Source of the DNA: Alphaproteobacteria bacterium
GTDB taxonomy: Bacteria > Pseudomonadota > Alphaproteobacteria > Micavibrionales > Micavibrionaceae
Length of the DNA: 64,000 nucleotides
Assembly: GCA_050633285.1 (NCBI GenBank)
Contig: JBOEGG010000001.1
Location: 456,134-520,133 of the forward strand
Reading direction: 5' to 3'
The first letter of the stretch is position 1; every line of letters starts with the position of its first letter. Positions 9,701 through 17,050 of this stretch are shown in pieces. The position numbers and the translations under genes are program-made. The notes below the pieces were generated by a model. That model was not told the DNA's origin, did not search any database, and saw nothing but the letters and a program-made list of their open reading frames with translations.

Positions 9701-12700
9701 TTATCGTGGCAAACAAAATTACCGGCCGTGCTGACGGTATCCATGTGGATGGCGATGTTACAGATTCCATATTCGGCATTGGTCTGAATAGTATCAAGGG
9801 TATCAATGATGACGGTATCGACTTTGAGGGTAATGTAGAAGATAGCCTGGTCGCGATTGTTTTGAATAAAAGCATAGAAGGCGGTCATGATGGTATTGAG
9901 TTTGAAAACACAATCCGTGGTGAGGATACAGTTGTTGCGATTGCCTTGAATAAAGAAATCAAAGGTGGTTCTCGCGGTATTCGTTTCGGTGATAGTGCCG
10001 ATGACGCAGCCGTAGAAGATGGCGCGACAGTCGCCATAGCATATAACGGTAAGATCAAAGGAAAGAATAACGACGCAATTCAATTTGATGCGGAAGTTAA
10101 CGACTCAACAGTTACAATAACCAATAATAAGAACATTATCGGTGGCGATGATGGTATTGAGTTTGATGAGAAGGTAACAAATTCAACAATCACAATCGCG
10201 TCAAATGATATTGAGGCAGATGATGATGGTATCGATTTCGACTCCGGTGTATCTGGTGGCTCTGTTGAAATTACCGATAATACAATTGACGCTGGGGACG
10301 CAGGTATCGAGTTTGATGCAGGTAGCCCGGCAATCTTTGGCGCGTCTGTTTTGATCTCCGAAAATGATATTTACTCTGAAGATGGTCATGGTATTGCTGT
10401 AAATGGTGACATCACAGATTCATTGGTACGTATCATTGACAATATTTCAATTGATGGCGCAGAAGACGGTATTCATGTCGCGGGTGAAATCGAAGATGAA
10501 TCAAATGTGATTATTGCACGTAATGATGAAATCTATGCAGAGTATGGTCATGCAATTGCCCTGAATGATGGTGTTGATGATTCAACTGTACGCATTATTG
10601 ATAACGGCACGATTGACGGTGGCGATAATGGTATTAACATTGAGGGAGGCCTTGATGAAGCGACCGTTGTTATTGCCCGTAATGCAGATATTTTTGCCGA
10701 AGATGGTCATGGTATCGCAGTACATAGTGACGTGTCTGATACAGACCTGCGTATCATTGATAACACATCGATTGATGGTGGCACAGACGGTGTTCATGTC
10801 CATGGCGCACTGAGAAGTGGATCAACAATCACGATTGCACGTAATAGTAATGTTACAGGTCTTGATGATGATGGTATTGAGGTCGTAAATACAGGATTTG
10901 GTAAAAATGCAGATGTTCGCATCGCACGTAACCATGTCCATCACACAGGTGATGATGGTATCATAGTGCGTAATGTCAAGGGCGTAGATGTTGTTCATAA
11001 CACTGTTCATGACACAGACGGTAATGGTATTAAGGTTTCTCGTAGTGCATACGCAGACATCATTAATAATGATGTAACGCGCGCTGGTGATGACGGTATC
11101 GATGTAGAATATAGCTATAACGTTGATATTCTCCTCAACACAGTGAAGCGTTCCGGCGATGACGGTATAGATGTTGAAAACAGCACAAGCGCCGATATCC
11201 GCGGTAATGATGTTTCTAAATCACGTGGTGATGGTATTGAGGTAACAAATAGTGCCTATACAGATATCATTAACAACCGCGTTCGTTTCTCTGGTGATGA
11301 CGGTATCGATGTAGATCGTAGTTTCGCAGTAGACATCAAACGTAATTCTGTTTTCGTAACAGGTGGTAACGGTATTGAAGTTACCAATAGCCGTTATGCA
11401 GATATTATCCGTAACAACGTTGCCTTTGCGGGTGATGACGGCATCGATGTTGGTTATTCATCTTTCGCAGATGTAAACGGTAATAATGTTTATCGTGCAC
11501 GTGGCGATGGTATTGAGATCACAGGCGGCTACGGCGTAGATGTTAAAGGTAACGACATCTATAGTTCCGGCGATGATGGTATTGATATTGAGCACAGTAA
11601 CGGTGCAGAGATTGCCTATAACTATGTGACAGGATCACGCGTTAACGGTATCGAAGTATCAGATAGTAACGGCGTTGATATTACAGATAACGGTATATTC
11701 TTCTCAGGTAATAATGGGATTGATGTTCGTTATGGTGGCGATATAAATGTTCGTCGTAACTTTATCCGCTTCTCACGCAATGATGGTATTCATGCAGAAG
11801 GCATTTATGGATATGGCGCATCGTTTACACGTTCTAACGGCGGTAATGGCGGAATTGATATTGTAAACAACAATATTCGTTTCTCTGGTGATGATGGCAT
11901 TGATGTTGAAGGCAGCAATGATGTAAATATTCGTCGTAATCTTATCCGCGATTCACGTGATGACGGTATTGACGTATCATACAGCTATGATGTCGATATT
12001 ATAAATAATCGTATTATCCGTTCTGGTGATAATGGCATCGAAGTGCGCGGTGGTGGTGACATCAATATCCGTCGTAACTTTATCCGTCGTTCCGGCAGTG
12101 ATGGTATCCATGCCGAAAATGTATATGGCGGTGGAATACCCACGATCTCTATGAGTAGAGACGGGACCGAAGGTGGCTTATATATCGTGAATAACGATGT
12201 TCGTTTCTCTGGTGATGATGGTATAGAAGTGCAAAATAGCAGTTCTGCAAAAATCAAACGCAACACAATTAGCGATTCTGAAGATGATGGTATCTCATCA
12301 CGTTATAATGGCAGTGTTGTGATTGCGCGCAACGAAGTGGATGAATCAGGCGATGATGGTATCTATGTTGTTGGCGGTGGATTTAAAGGGCCGCAAATCT
12401 TTGCATTGTCTGATGAGCTGCAAGAGCAACCAAAAGTTCGTTTTTACGGTTCTTCTGCGGTCATCCGTGGGAACACAGTAACAAACTCTGGTGGTGACGG
12501 TGTTCACACAAACAATATTGATAATCTGAGAATTGTTAACAATAATGTGAGTGATAGCTTTGAGCATGGTGTTTACGTATCCGGTGCATATAACGGATAT
12601 GTGAAATTTCAGGGCAATACATTAACTGATAACGGACATTTGAGCGATTCTGCCGCGGCACGTTTTGAAAGTGGCGATATCGATATGAGCAATCTGGATA

Positions 12701-13467
12701 ACCCAAATACATTTATCAATACATCAGGCTTGCCTGCTGTTGCGATGCAGTTTGATGATATTTCAGGCGGTGTATTCCCATCAGACGCAATCCTTTTGAA
12801 TGACGGGCCGTCTTTCATGGGTGGTAATGGTCTTCGTATCGTTGGTGAAACTCTAGGCTCAACCATCTTTGATGGTTACACACCGGAAGATAGCTTCTAT
12901 GTTCGCTTCGAAGATGGCTCTATACTTGACCCATTAACAGGCGCGCCAATTGTGATTGATGCAATGGATGTATCATTTGATGGTCTTGTGCCAAACACGT
13001 TTGCAGGTGGTGTATTACCGGCTCCTGTCTTTGATTTCATCGAAGAGCGTCTTTTTGATGCAGATGATGAAACGCAAGATGGACGCGGTCAGATATTTAT
13101 CGGAACACGTGCTCAAAACACGCAAGGACCGGCAAATTTCCAAGATTTCCTTCCTGAGAGTGAAGCGGCAAGCAGAACAAGTAATGGTGCGAGCCTTGTG
13201 ATTACAGGCCTGCCATCTGTTAATGGCTTTGGCGCAGATGCTCTGAATAATATTGCACCAAATGCAGGTGGAGAAGGAAATGAGAACCCTGAGGATCTTG
13301 CTAATATTGATCCGGCAGCCGGTGGTGAAGAGCAGTCTCCATCACAAGTAACATGTATGGGTGACGCTGTAGGCGCGCTTGAAAGCGGCTCTGTATCATA
13401 TAGTTTTGGTGGTTCATTTGAGGATAGCATCGCAGGAACCTCTTCCTGTGCAAGCGCAGATTTATAA
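6757..13467 (+). CDS. Giant secreted adhesin-like protein: TPS/FHA-like N-terminal domain + extensive right-handed parallel beta-helix (PbH1/NosD-type) repeats
   Basis: ATG 6757 with AAGGA RBS (the track uses TTG 6730). 46-aa extended signal peptide (…TTAFMAAALLMPMNADA|QD). Residues ~60-330 resemble the hemagglutination-activity/TPS domain (GDLNSNMQIVIIDKDGLFFTENSSVDVQSLIATSG; GGEIVLDGTITVAEAGLAAFV…GNVVMASGKKVTLDMYGDGLVEV). About 60 copies of a 22-23-aa unit N.V..SGDDGIDV..S..VDI. follow, and the protein ends in a Gly/Ser/acid-rich tail. Confidence 0.7.
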   Translation: MGKYVATRNKVQCTRAANITKGLSKALMSTTAFMAAALLMPMNADAQDATPTHSWDYDTVLDGNVSKDLTIPNVTDITVTNGNGYVEGNADIYNGHTVNVTGDSGSTFAYRDNRADIQSTLDGDLNSNMQIVIIDKDGLFFTENSSVDVQSLIATSGKISVSDIMDNGDLTIKNIANGGEIVLDGTITVAEAGLAAFVSPFVTNSGVINAKLGNVVMASGKKVTLDMYGDGLVEVTVKGELNDALLSNEGSINAEGGTVQITAKAAKDTIDNVINNTGIITASSATVSGGKIILSGGKNGTVNNSGSIETSAGGSVDISGERFVQEGAPPVPSSKPALSPSINTGGGNVNIATSGNVEIYAGEINAEGGNIDIDNGGVFTSVANTLKTNGTGTIDLNQNQDDTPVPTAQILALIEPAAQGIQGAIDAIDNTGTGENTINVGAGTFNESVSVDHANIVLNGANAGTAGYSNARGDETIINPNSPGFHVTADNVTVDGFTVTGGDPGIHVDHAQNASILNNVVTGSTTHGIHFNRAHNSTAQGNSIDSVTESGIFVERSNNTDIGGLASGEGNEIDGAWTGIRTSDSNDISIIGNDISNITGTDRFADGIHVFGGASVDVSNNRIDTTNDEGVYASFTRGNLTITDNVITNVGLATPDIGNGVELIYTKGNANVSGNKITGTEHAGVLIKETNTSGGSFVVDDNRIKNTGASGIDIDKKAASVSGNTISNAGKHGIDVDASSNVVIAGNDLSDITEIGIFLDDSDNAVIGGTTAADANKINRAWTGIRVNDANEADIIGNNIKNITGTDRFADGIHVNGGANVEISHNKIKNTNDEGVYVSFARGHIVIDDNTITNAGLATADIGNGVELIAMKGSAEITNNDINGAEFAGILQKGWRGSGSLLVAGNDVENAQFGVRIDEGIDGRRVDILDNDLKADDVGVLVTGGITNGAHLQIGQLFDGNTIKSKGDGVRIEGGVDDSDVFIVANKITGRADGIHVDGDVTDSIFGIGLNSIKGINDDGIDFEGNVEDSLVAIVLNKSIEGGHDGIEFENTIRGEDTVVAIALNKEIKGGSRGIRFGDSADDAAVEDGATVAIAYNGKIKGKNNDAIQFDAEVNDSTVTITNNKNIIGGDDGIEFDEKVTNSTITIASNDIEADDDGIDFDSGVSGGSVEITDNTIDAGDAGIEFDAGSPAIFGASVLISENDIYSEDGHGIAVNGDITDSLVRIIDNISIDGAEDGIHVAGEIEDESNVIIARNDEIYAEYGHAIALNDGVDDSTVRIIDNGTIDGGDNGINIEGGLDEATVVIARNADIFAEDGHGIAVHSDVSDTDLRIIDNTSIDGGTDGVHVHGALRSGSTITIARNSNVTGLDDDGIEVVNTGFGKNADVRIARNHVHHTGDDGIIVRNVKGVDVVHNTVHDTDGNGIKVSRSAYADIINNDVTRAGDDGIDVEYSYNVDILLNTVKRSGDDGIDVENSTSADIRGNDVSKSRGDGIEVTNSAYTDIINNRVRFSGDDGIDVDRSFAVDIKRNSVFVTGGNGIEVTNSRYADIIRNNVAFAGDDGIDVGYSSFADVNGNNVYRARGDGIEITGGYGVDVKGNDIYSSGDDGIDIEHSNGAEIAYNYVTGSRVNGIEVSDSNGVDITDNGIFFSGNNGIDVRYGGDINVRRNFIRFSRNDGIHAEGIYGYGASFTRSNGGNGGIDIVNNNIRFSGDDGIDVEGSNDVNIRRNLIRDSRDDGIDVSYSYDVDIINNRIIRSGDNGIEVRGGGDINIRRNFIRRSGSDGIHAENVYGGGIPTISMSRDGTEGGLYIVNNDVRFSGDDGIEVQNSSSAKIKRNTISDSEDDGISSRYNGSVVIARNEVDESGDDGIYVVGGGFKGPQIFALSDELQEQPKVRFYGSSAVIRGNTVTNSGGDGVHTNNIDNLRIVNNNVSDSFEHGVYVSGAYNGYVKFQGNTLTDNGHLSDSAAARFESGDIDMSNLDNPNTFINTSGLPAVAMQFDDISGGVFPSDAILLNDGPSFMGGNGLRIVGETLGSTIFDGYTPEDSFYVRFEDGSILDPLTGAPIVIDAMDVSFDGLVPNTFAGGVLPAPVFDFIEERLFDADDETQDGRGQIFIGTRAQNTQGPANFQDFLPESEAASRTSNGASLVITGLPSVNGFGADALNNIAPNAGGEGNENPEDLANIDPAAGGEEQSPSQVTCMGDAVGALESGSVSYSFGGSFEDSIAGTSSCASADL
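8440..9430 (+). repeat. Intragenic segmental duplication (~330 bp units at ~8461-8790 and ~9061-9390)
   Basis: DNA is near-identical; both encode …AWTGIR..D.N…I.GN.I.NITGTDRFADGIHV.GGA.V…NDEGVY.SF.RG…GLAT.DIGNGVELI…. Confidence 0.75.
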
Positions 13468-13696
13468 AATTAAGCCCTCGTTAAACTTTTTCAGTTATTG
13501 ATATGAATGAAGCTCTGATCATTAGGTTGGAGCTTTATTCTGTTATTACGTATAGTTTTCGTATATAAAAAACTTGCGTCATAATAGTATAATGCGTCTA
13601 TGATAAGAAAATTTTTAAATAACAGGGGGTTGCACTCACGTTATTTTCTGTCAGAATAAGGCGTTGGTGTTGGTAATAGAGTTTAAGGTATAGAAT

Positions 13697-14317
13697 ATGT
13701 ATCACGACGATAATTGGAACGAAGTCCACGGGGATGAGCTAGCAGGGTTTTTGGATAAAATTAATCCAATAGACGGTAAATACCGTACATCACCCAACAG
13801 CACACAAGTTGCGTGGCGTACATTGCCATTTTATGAGAGTGTGGCATTGATCCGGGTTAAAGATCCGAATTGGGTTAATAAAAGAATGACAATCTACTAT
13901 TTAACGGATCAGGGAAATCTCTTCCGTTTGAATGGAACATCTCCTCCGATTCATGAGGTGAATAGTAAAGCACCAATCAAAATTAACGAAGATAACGTTA
14001 TCGAATATCTGAAGTTTTTCTGTTTCTTCGTTCGTGGAGATGAAGGGCCGTTTTATATTTCTGAAGATATGTCTGATCCGAACTTGCCAACAGATATGGA
14101 TGCGACAACGCGTTCTGTGATTGAAGGTACAATTCGTCCATCAAGCTTTGAAGGTATGAATGAGCAGGGGCATTTCTTATGTGATGCAGTTGTTTATTAT
14201 TCAAATGCACTATTTATTGCGAATTTTGCAGTACAGCAAAGTGGTATGATTGAGATGCTGAATGATGAACCAATCGCAGGCGATTTAGGATCAAAGGTAG
14301 AAACACCAATTGCATAG
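13697..14317 (+). CDS. Hypothetical cytoplasmic protein (206 aa), orphan downstream of giant adhesin
   Basis: No signal peptide or TM; no motif I recognise; followed by a bidirectional terminator. Confidence 0.5.
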   Translation: MYHDDNWNEVHGDELAGFLDKINPIDGKYRTSPNSTQVAWRTLPFYESVALIRVKDPNWVNKRMTIYYLTDQGNLFRLNGTSPPIHEVNSKAPIKINEDNVIEYLKFFCFFVRGDEGPFYISEDMSDPNLPTDMDATTRSVIEGTIRPSSFEGMNEQGHFLCDAVVYYSNALFIANFAVQQSGMIEMLNDEPIAGDLGSKVETPIA

Positions 14318-14344
14318 AGTTTAGGTGTGTTCTGATAAAAGAAA

Positions 14345-14369
14345 GAGGCCGTCTGAACGGCCTTTTTTG
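14345..14369. terminator. Bidirectional rho-independent terminator between convergent genes
   Basis: GGCCG-tctgaa-CGGCC hairpin, T6 on plus strand, A-run on the other side. Confidence 0.6.
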
Positions 14370-14404
14370 TTGTCTGTATTTTGCCGCCGGTATAGGGAGT
14401 GCGA

Positions 14405-14743
14405 TTATAATGCGTCTTTACCCGTTTCGCCCGTACGAATGCGCACGGCTTTTTCAAGTTCATAGACAAAAATTTTGCCATCGCCGATGCGTCCTGTTTC
14501 TGCGGCACTTTGGATTACCTGCACAACTTTTTCTTCCAATTCGTCCGCAATCGCGACCTCAATTTTGACTTTCGGTAGAAAGCTTACGGAAAAATCAGCG
14601 GTATGATAATTTTGCGTTTGTCCTTTTTGACGGCCAAAGCCTTTTACTTCTGTTGCCGTTAAACCTTCGATCCCTAAATCCATTAAGGCTTCGCGGACAT
14701 CATCAAGTTTAAAAGGCTTTATCACGGCCATGATCATTTTCAT
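14405..14743 (-). CDS. glnB: Nitrogen regulatory protein P-II
   Basis: MAVIKPFKLDDVREAL…GLTATEVKGFGRQKGQTQNYH…GDGKIFV…; canonical P-II sequence including the T-loop Tyr. Confidence 0.9.
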   Translation of the reverse strand: MKMIMAVIKPFKLDDVREALMDLGIEGLTATEVKGFGRQKGQTQNYHTADFSVSFLPKVKIEVAIADELEEKVVQVIQSAAETGRIGDGKIFVYELEKAVRIRTGETGKDAL

Positions 14744-14848
14744 AAGGTACTATCCCTTCACCCTAAATTTGGTTTCACTTTATTATGTGGCTGACGTATA
14801 AAGTTATACGAATTGCATTTATTTTCAAGGAAACATTTTTAGTAAGGA

Positions 14849-16048
14849 ATGGTTATGGCAGATGCAAAAAAATATGACGTTGTGATTGTGGGTGGTGGGT
14901 TGTCCGGCTTATCACTTTCTTGTCTGTTAGGCAGTGTAAAAGGCCTGAAAGTCGCGTGTATCGACCGTGAACCGTTTGAACGCCACTTAACAAATGATGA
15001 GCGAACGACGGCTATTTCCTATGGTTCTGCGCAAATCTTGAAACGTGCATCTGTATGGGATGATATCGTAAGCGCGGGCTGCCCGATTGAAAATATTGAA
15101 ATTCTGGACGGACATAGCCCGATGCTTCTACAGTTTTTGAGCGAGGAAGTGCAGGGAAAAGCGTTCGGGTGGATCCTATCAAATACACATATCCGTAAAT
15201 GCTTGATGAAAAGAATAGAAGAGCTTGAGAATGTTGATCATATGGCACCGGCCAAGGTTGATGATTTCGAAGTATCGGACGCTTATGTCGATGTGATGTT
15301 AGAGGGCGGAGAAGTATTGCGCGCCTCTCTTGTTATCGGCGCGGATGGGCGCGGCTCATCTGTACGAGATTTCATGGATGTAGATATACGCTCATGGAAC
15401 TATAATCAAACGGCTGTTGTATGCTATATCGCACATGAAAACCCACATGATAATAAGGCGGTGGAACATTTTTGGCCGGAGGGGCCGTTTGCAATTCTGC
15501 CGATGAAACCTCGCGAAGGGAATGTTAATTGTTCTTCTTTGGTTTTCACAGAGCACGGACGTAAACGTGATTCTTTAATGAAATTAAGTGATGATGAGTT
15601 CCTTGAACAAGTGCGCGCCCGTTTCCCTGAGAGCTATGGACAAATAGAGATCATCAACAATAAGCGTATGGCTTTTCCTTTATCCTTGGTGCATGCGGCG
15701 GAATATATCGCTCCACGGATGGTCTTGGTCGCAGATGCTGCGCATGGGATACATCCGATTGCCGGACAGGGGCTGAACCTTGGTTTTCGCGATTTGGGAG
15801 TGCTTGCAGAGTTGGTTGAGCGCGCCGTACACGAAAATATGGATGTTGGCTCGTCTGCTCTATTACAAGCATATCAGACAAAGCGCAGGCCTGATAATAT
15901 GGCAATGGTTGCGGTGACAGACGGGCTTGTACGGTTATTTTCGAATAATGTGCCACCTGTTAAATTCATGCGTAGAATGGGACTGAAAACAGTTGCACGT
16001 TTGGCTCCGGCAAAGCGTTTCTTTATGCGTCGCGCAATGGGGGAGTAA
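14849..16048 (+). CDS. FAD-dependent ubiquinone-biosynthesis hydroxylase (UbiH/UbiF/Coq6 family)
   Basis: N-terminal YDVVIVGGGLSGLSL Rossmann motif; GADGRGSSVR and C-terminal DAAHGIHPIAGQGLNLGFRD flavin monooxygenase motifs. Confidence 0.8.
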   Translation: MVMADAKKYDVVIVGGGLSGLSLSCLLGSVKGLKVACIDREPFERHLTNDERTTAISYGSAQILKRASVWDDIVSAGCPIENIEILDGHSPMLLQFLSEEVQGKAFGWILSNTHIRKCLMKRIEELENVDHMAPAKVDDFEVSDAYVDVMLEGGEVLRASLVIGADGRGSSVRDFMDVDIRSWNYNQTAVVCYIAHENPHDNKAVEHFWPEGPFAILPMKPREGNVNCSSLVFTEHGRKRDSLMKLSDDEFLEQVRARFPESYGQIEIINNKRMAFPLSLVHAAEYIAPRMVLVADAAHGIHPIAGQGLNLGFRDLGVLAELVERAVHENMDVGSSALLQAYQTKRRPDNMAMVAVTDGLVRLFSNNVPPVKFMRRMGLKTVARLAPAKRFFMRRAMGE

Positions 16049-16076
16049 TTTTTACGATAAAATCTGAGTCTTTAAT

Positions 16077-16105
16077 TTGACATCAGGTGGATAACTAGTT
16101 ATAAA
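16077..16105 (+). promoter_or_regulatory. Consensus sigma70 promoter (TTGACA-N17-TATAAA) upstream of rpmH
   Basis: Read directly from the sequence. The spacer contains GGTGGATAA, an 8/9 match to a DnaA box. Confidence 0.5.
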
Positions 16106-16195
16106 CTCCCATTCTTAGGTAAGAATAAAGATTATAAAAGTGCCCTATCGCTTTATGTTGTTTATAAGGTACTGACAATAAGAAGGTAGAAATCA

Positions 16196-16330
16196 ATGAA
16201 ACGTACATTCCAACCAAGTCGTATTGTTCGCGCGCGTCGTCACGGTTTCCGTTCACGCATGGCAACTAAAAATGGCCGTCAGGTTCTTGCACGTCGTCGT
16301 GCAAAAGGCCGTAAAGCCTTAAGTGCATAA
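16196..16330 (+). CDS. rpmH: 50S ribosomal protein L34
   Basis: [44 protein letters not shown] (44 aa). Under the 60-aa cutoff of the track; translated by hand. Confidence 0.95.
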   Translation: MKRTFQPSRIVRARRHGFRSRMATKNGRQVLARRRAKGRKALSA

Positions 16331-16335
16331 GACCA

Positions 16336-16746
16336 ATGCATGCAAGTAAGCAGCAGCTGGCGGCTTTAACAATGCTGACAGCGCGTTCTGACTTTCTGGC
16401 AATACAAAAACATGGAAAAAGATGGACTTCACGCGGGCTTGTATTACAGGTCCGCGAAAATGATGTTGGGATCATTCGTGTCGGCTATACAGTGACAAAA
16501 AGGGTTGATAAGCGCGCGGTAGTACGTAACCGTATTAAAAGGCGTTTACGCTCGATCGCGGCAGATATACTGCCACTTAAGGCGAAAGTAGGGTATGACT
16601 ATATCCTAGTTGGCCGTGCCTCTACTAATACGTATCCGTATAAACAGCTTATGGCAGATCTGAAATGGTGCCTAAAGAGAACGGAATGTTATAATATTCC
16701 GCCAGATACACAAGAGCCTGCATCACAGGGCGTGAGCGATGGTTAA
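16336..16746 (+). CDS. rnpA: Ribonuclease P protein component
   Basis: Basic RnpA sequence (VTKRVDKRAVVRNRIKRRLR); conserved position after rpmH. Confidence 0.85.
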   Translation: MHASKQQLAALTMLTARSDFLAIQKHGKRWTSRGLVLQVRENDVGIIRVGYTVTKRVDKRAVVRNRIKRRLRSIAADILPLKAKVGYDYILVGRASTNTYPYKQLMADLKWCLKRTECYNIPPDTQEPASQGVSDG

Positions 16747-16990
16747 AATATTACAATTTTTTATCCGCATTTACAGTTTTTTGGTTTCCCCTTGGCTTGG
16801 ACGAAATTGCAGGTTTTCTCCAACATGCTCATGCTATGCTCAACAAGCACTTGATAAACATGGATTTTTTAAAGGTGTTTTTTTAGCGATACGGCGTATT
16901 TTAAGTTGCCAGCCATGGAGCAAAAAAAAATGGGATGATCCTGTGCCCGAACGGTTTGCGTGGAGCGATATCTTAGGGTATAAACGCTAG
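16739..16990 (+). CDS. yidD: Membrane protein insertion efficiency factor YidD
   Basis: RFSPTCSCYAQQAL…GVFLAIRRILSCQPW motif; overlaps the rnpA stop. Contains an A9 homopolymer at 16921-16929. Confidence 0.85.
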   Translation: MVKILQFFIRIYSFLVSPWLGRNCRFSPTCSCYAQQALDKHGFFKGVFLAIRRILSCQPWSKKKWDDPVPERFAWSDILGYKR

Positions 16991-17050
16991 CGGTAGCTTA
17001 AAATGCGGTAGATAAACTAAAGAATAACAGAAAATAAAGAGTTCAAAGAT

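Noticed and set aside
8400-12300. CRISPR array or other non-coding tandem repeat
   Set aside because: The periodicity is 66-69 bp, in frame, and encodes PbH1 coils. There are no unique spacers between conserved repeats.
7107-12866. Numerous minus-strand ORFs (e.g. 7107-7664, 8748-9167, 9285-9875, 9553-10083, 11985-12266)
   Set aside because: They are shadow ORFs opposite the repetitive GAT/GGT-rich beta-helix coding sequence. Products are Ser/Ile/Pro-rich low-complexity strings with no RBS.
6757-14317. CdiA/CdiI-type contact-dependent inhibition toxin-immunity pair
   Set aside because: The giant protein has a TPS-like N-domain but no VENN/pretoxin boundary, no recognisable C-terminal toxin module and no adjacent TpsB. 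The C-terminus is a Gly/Ser/acidic tail.
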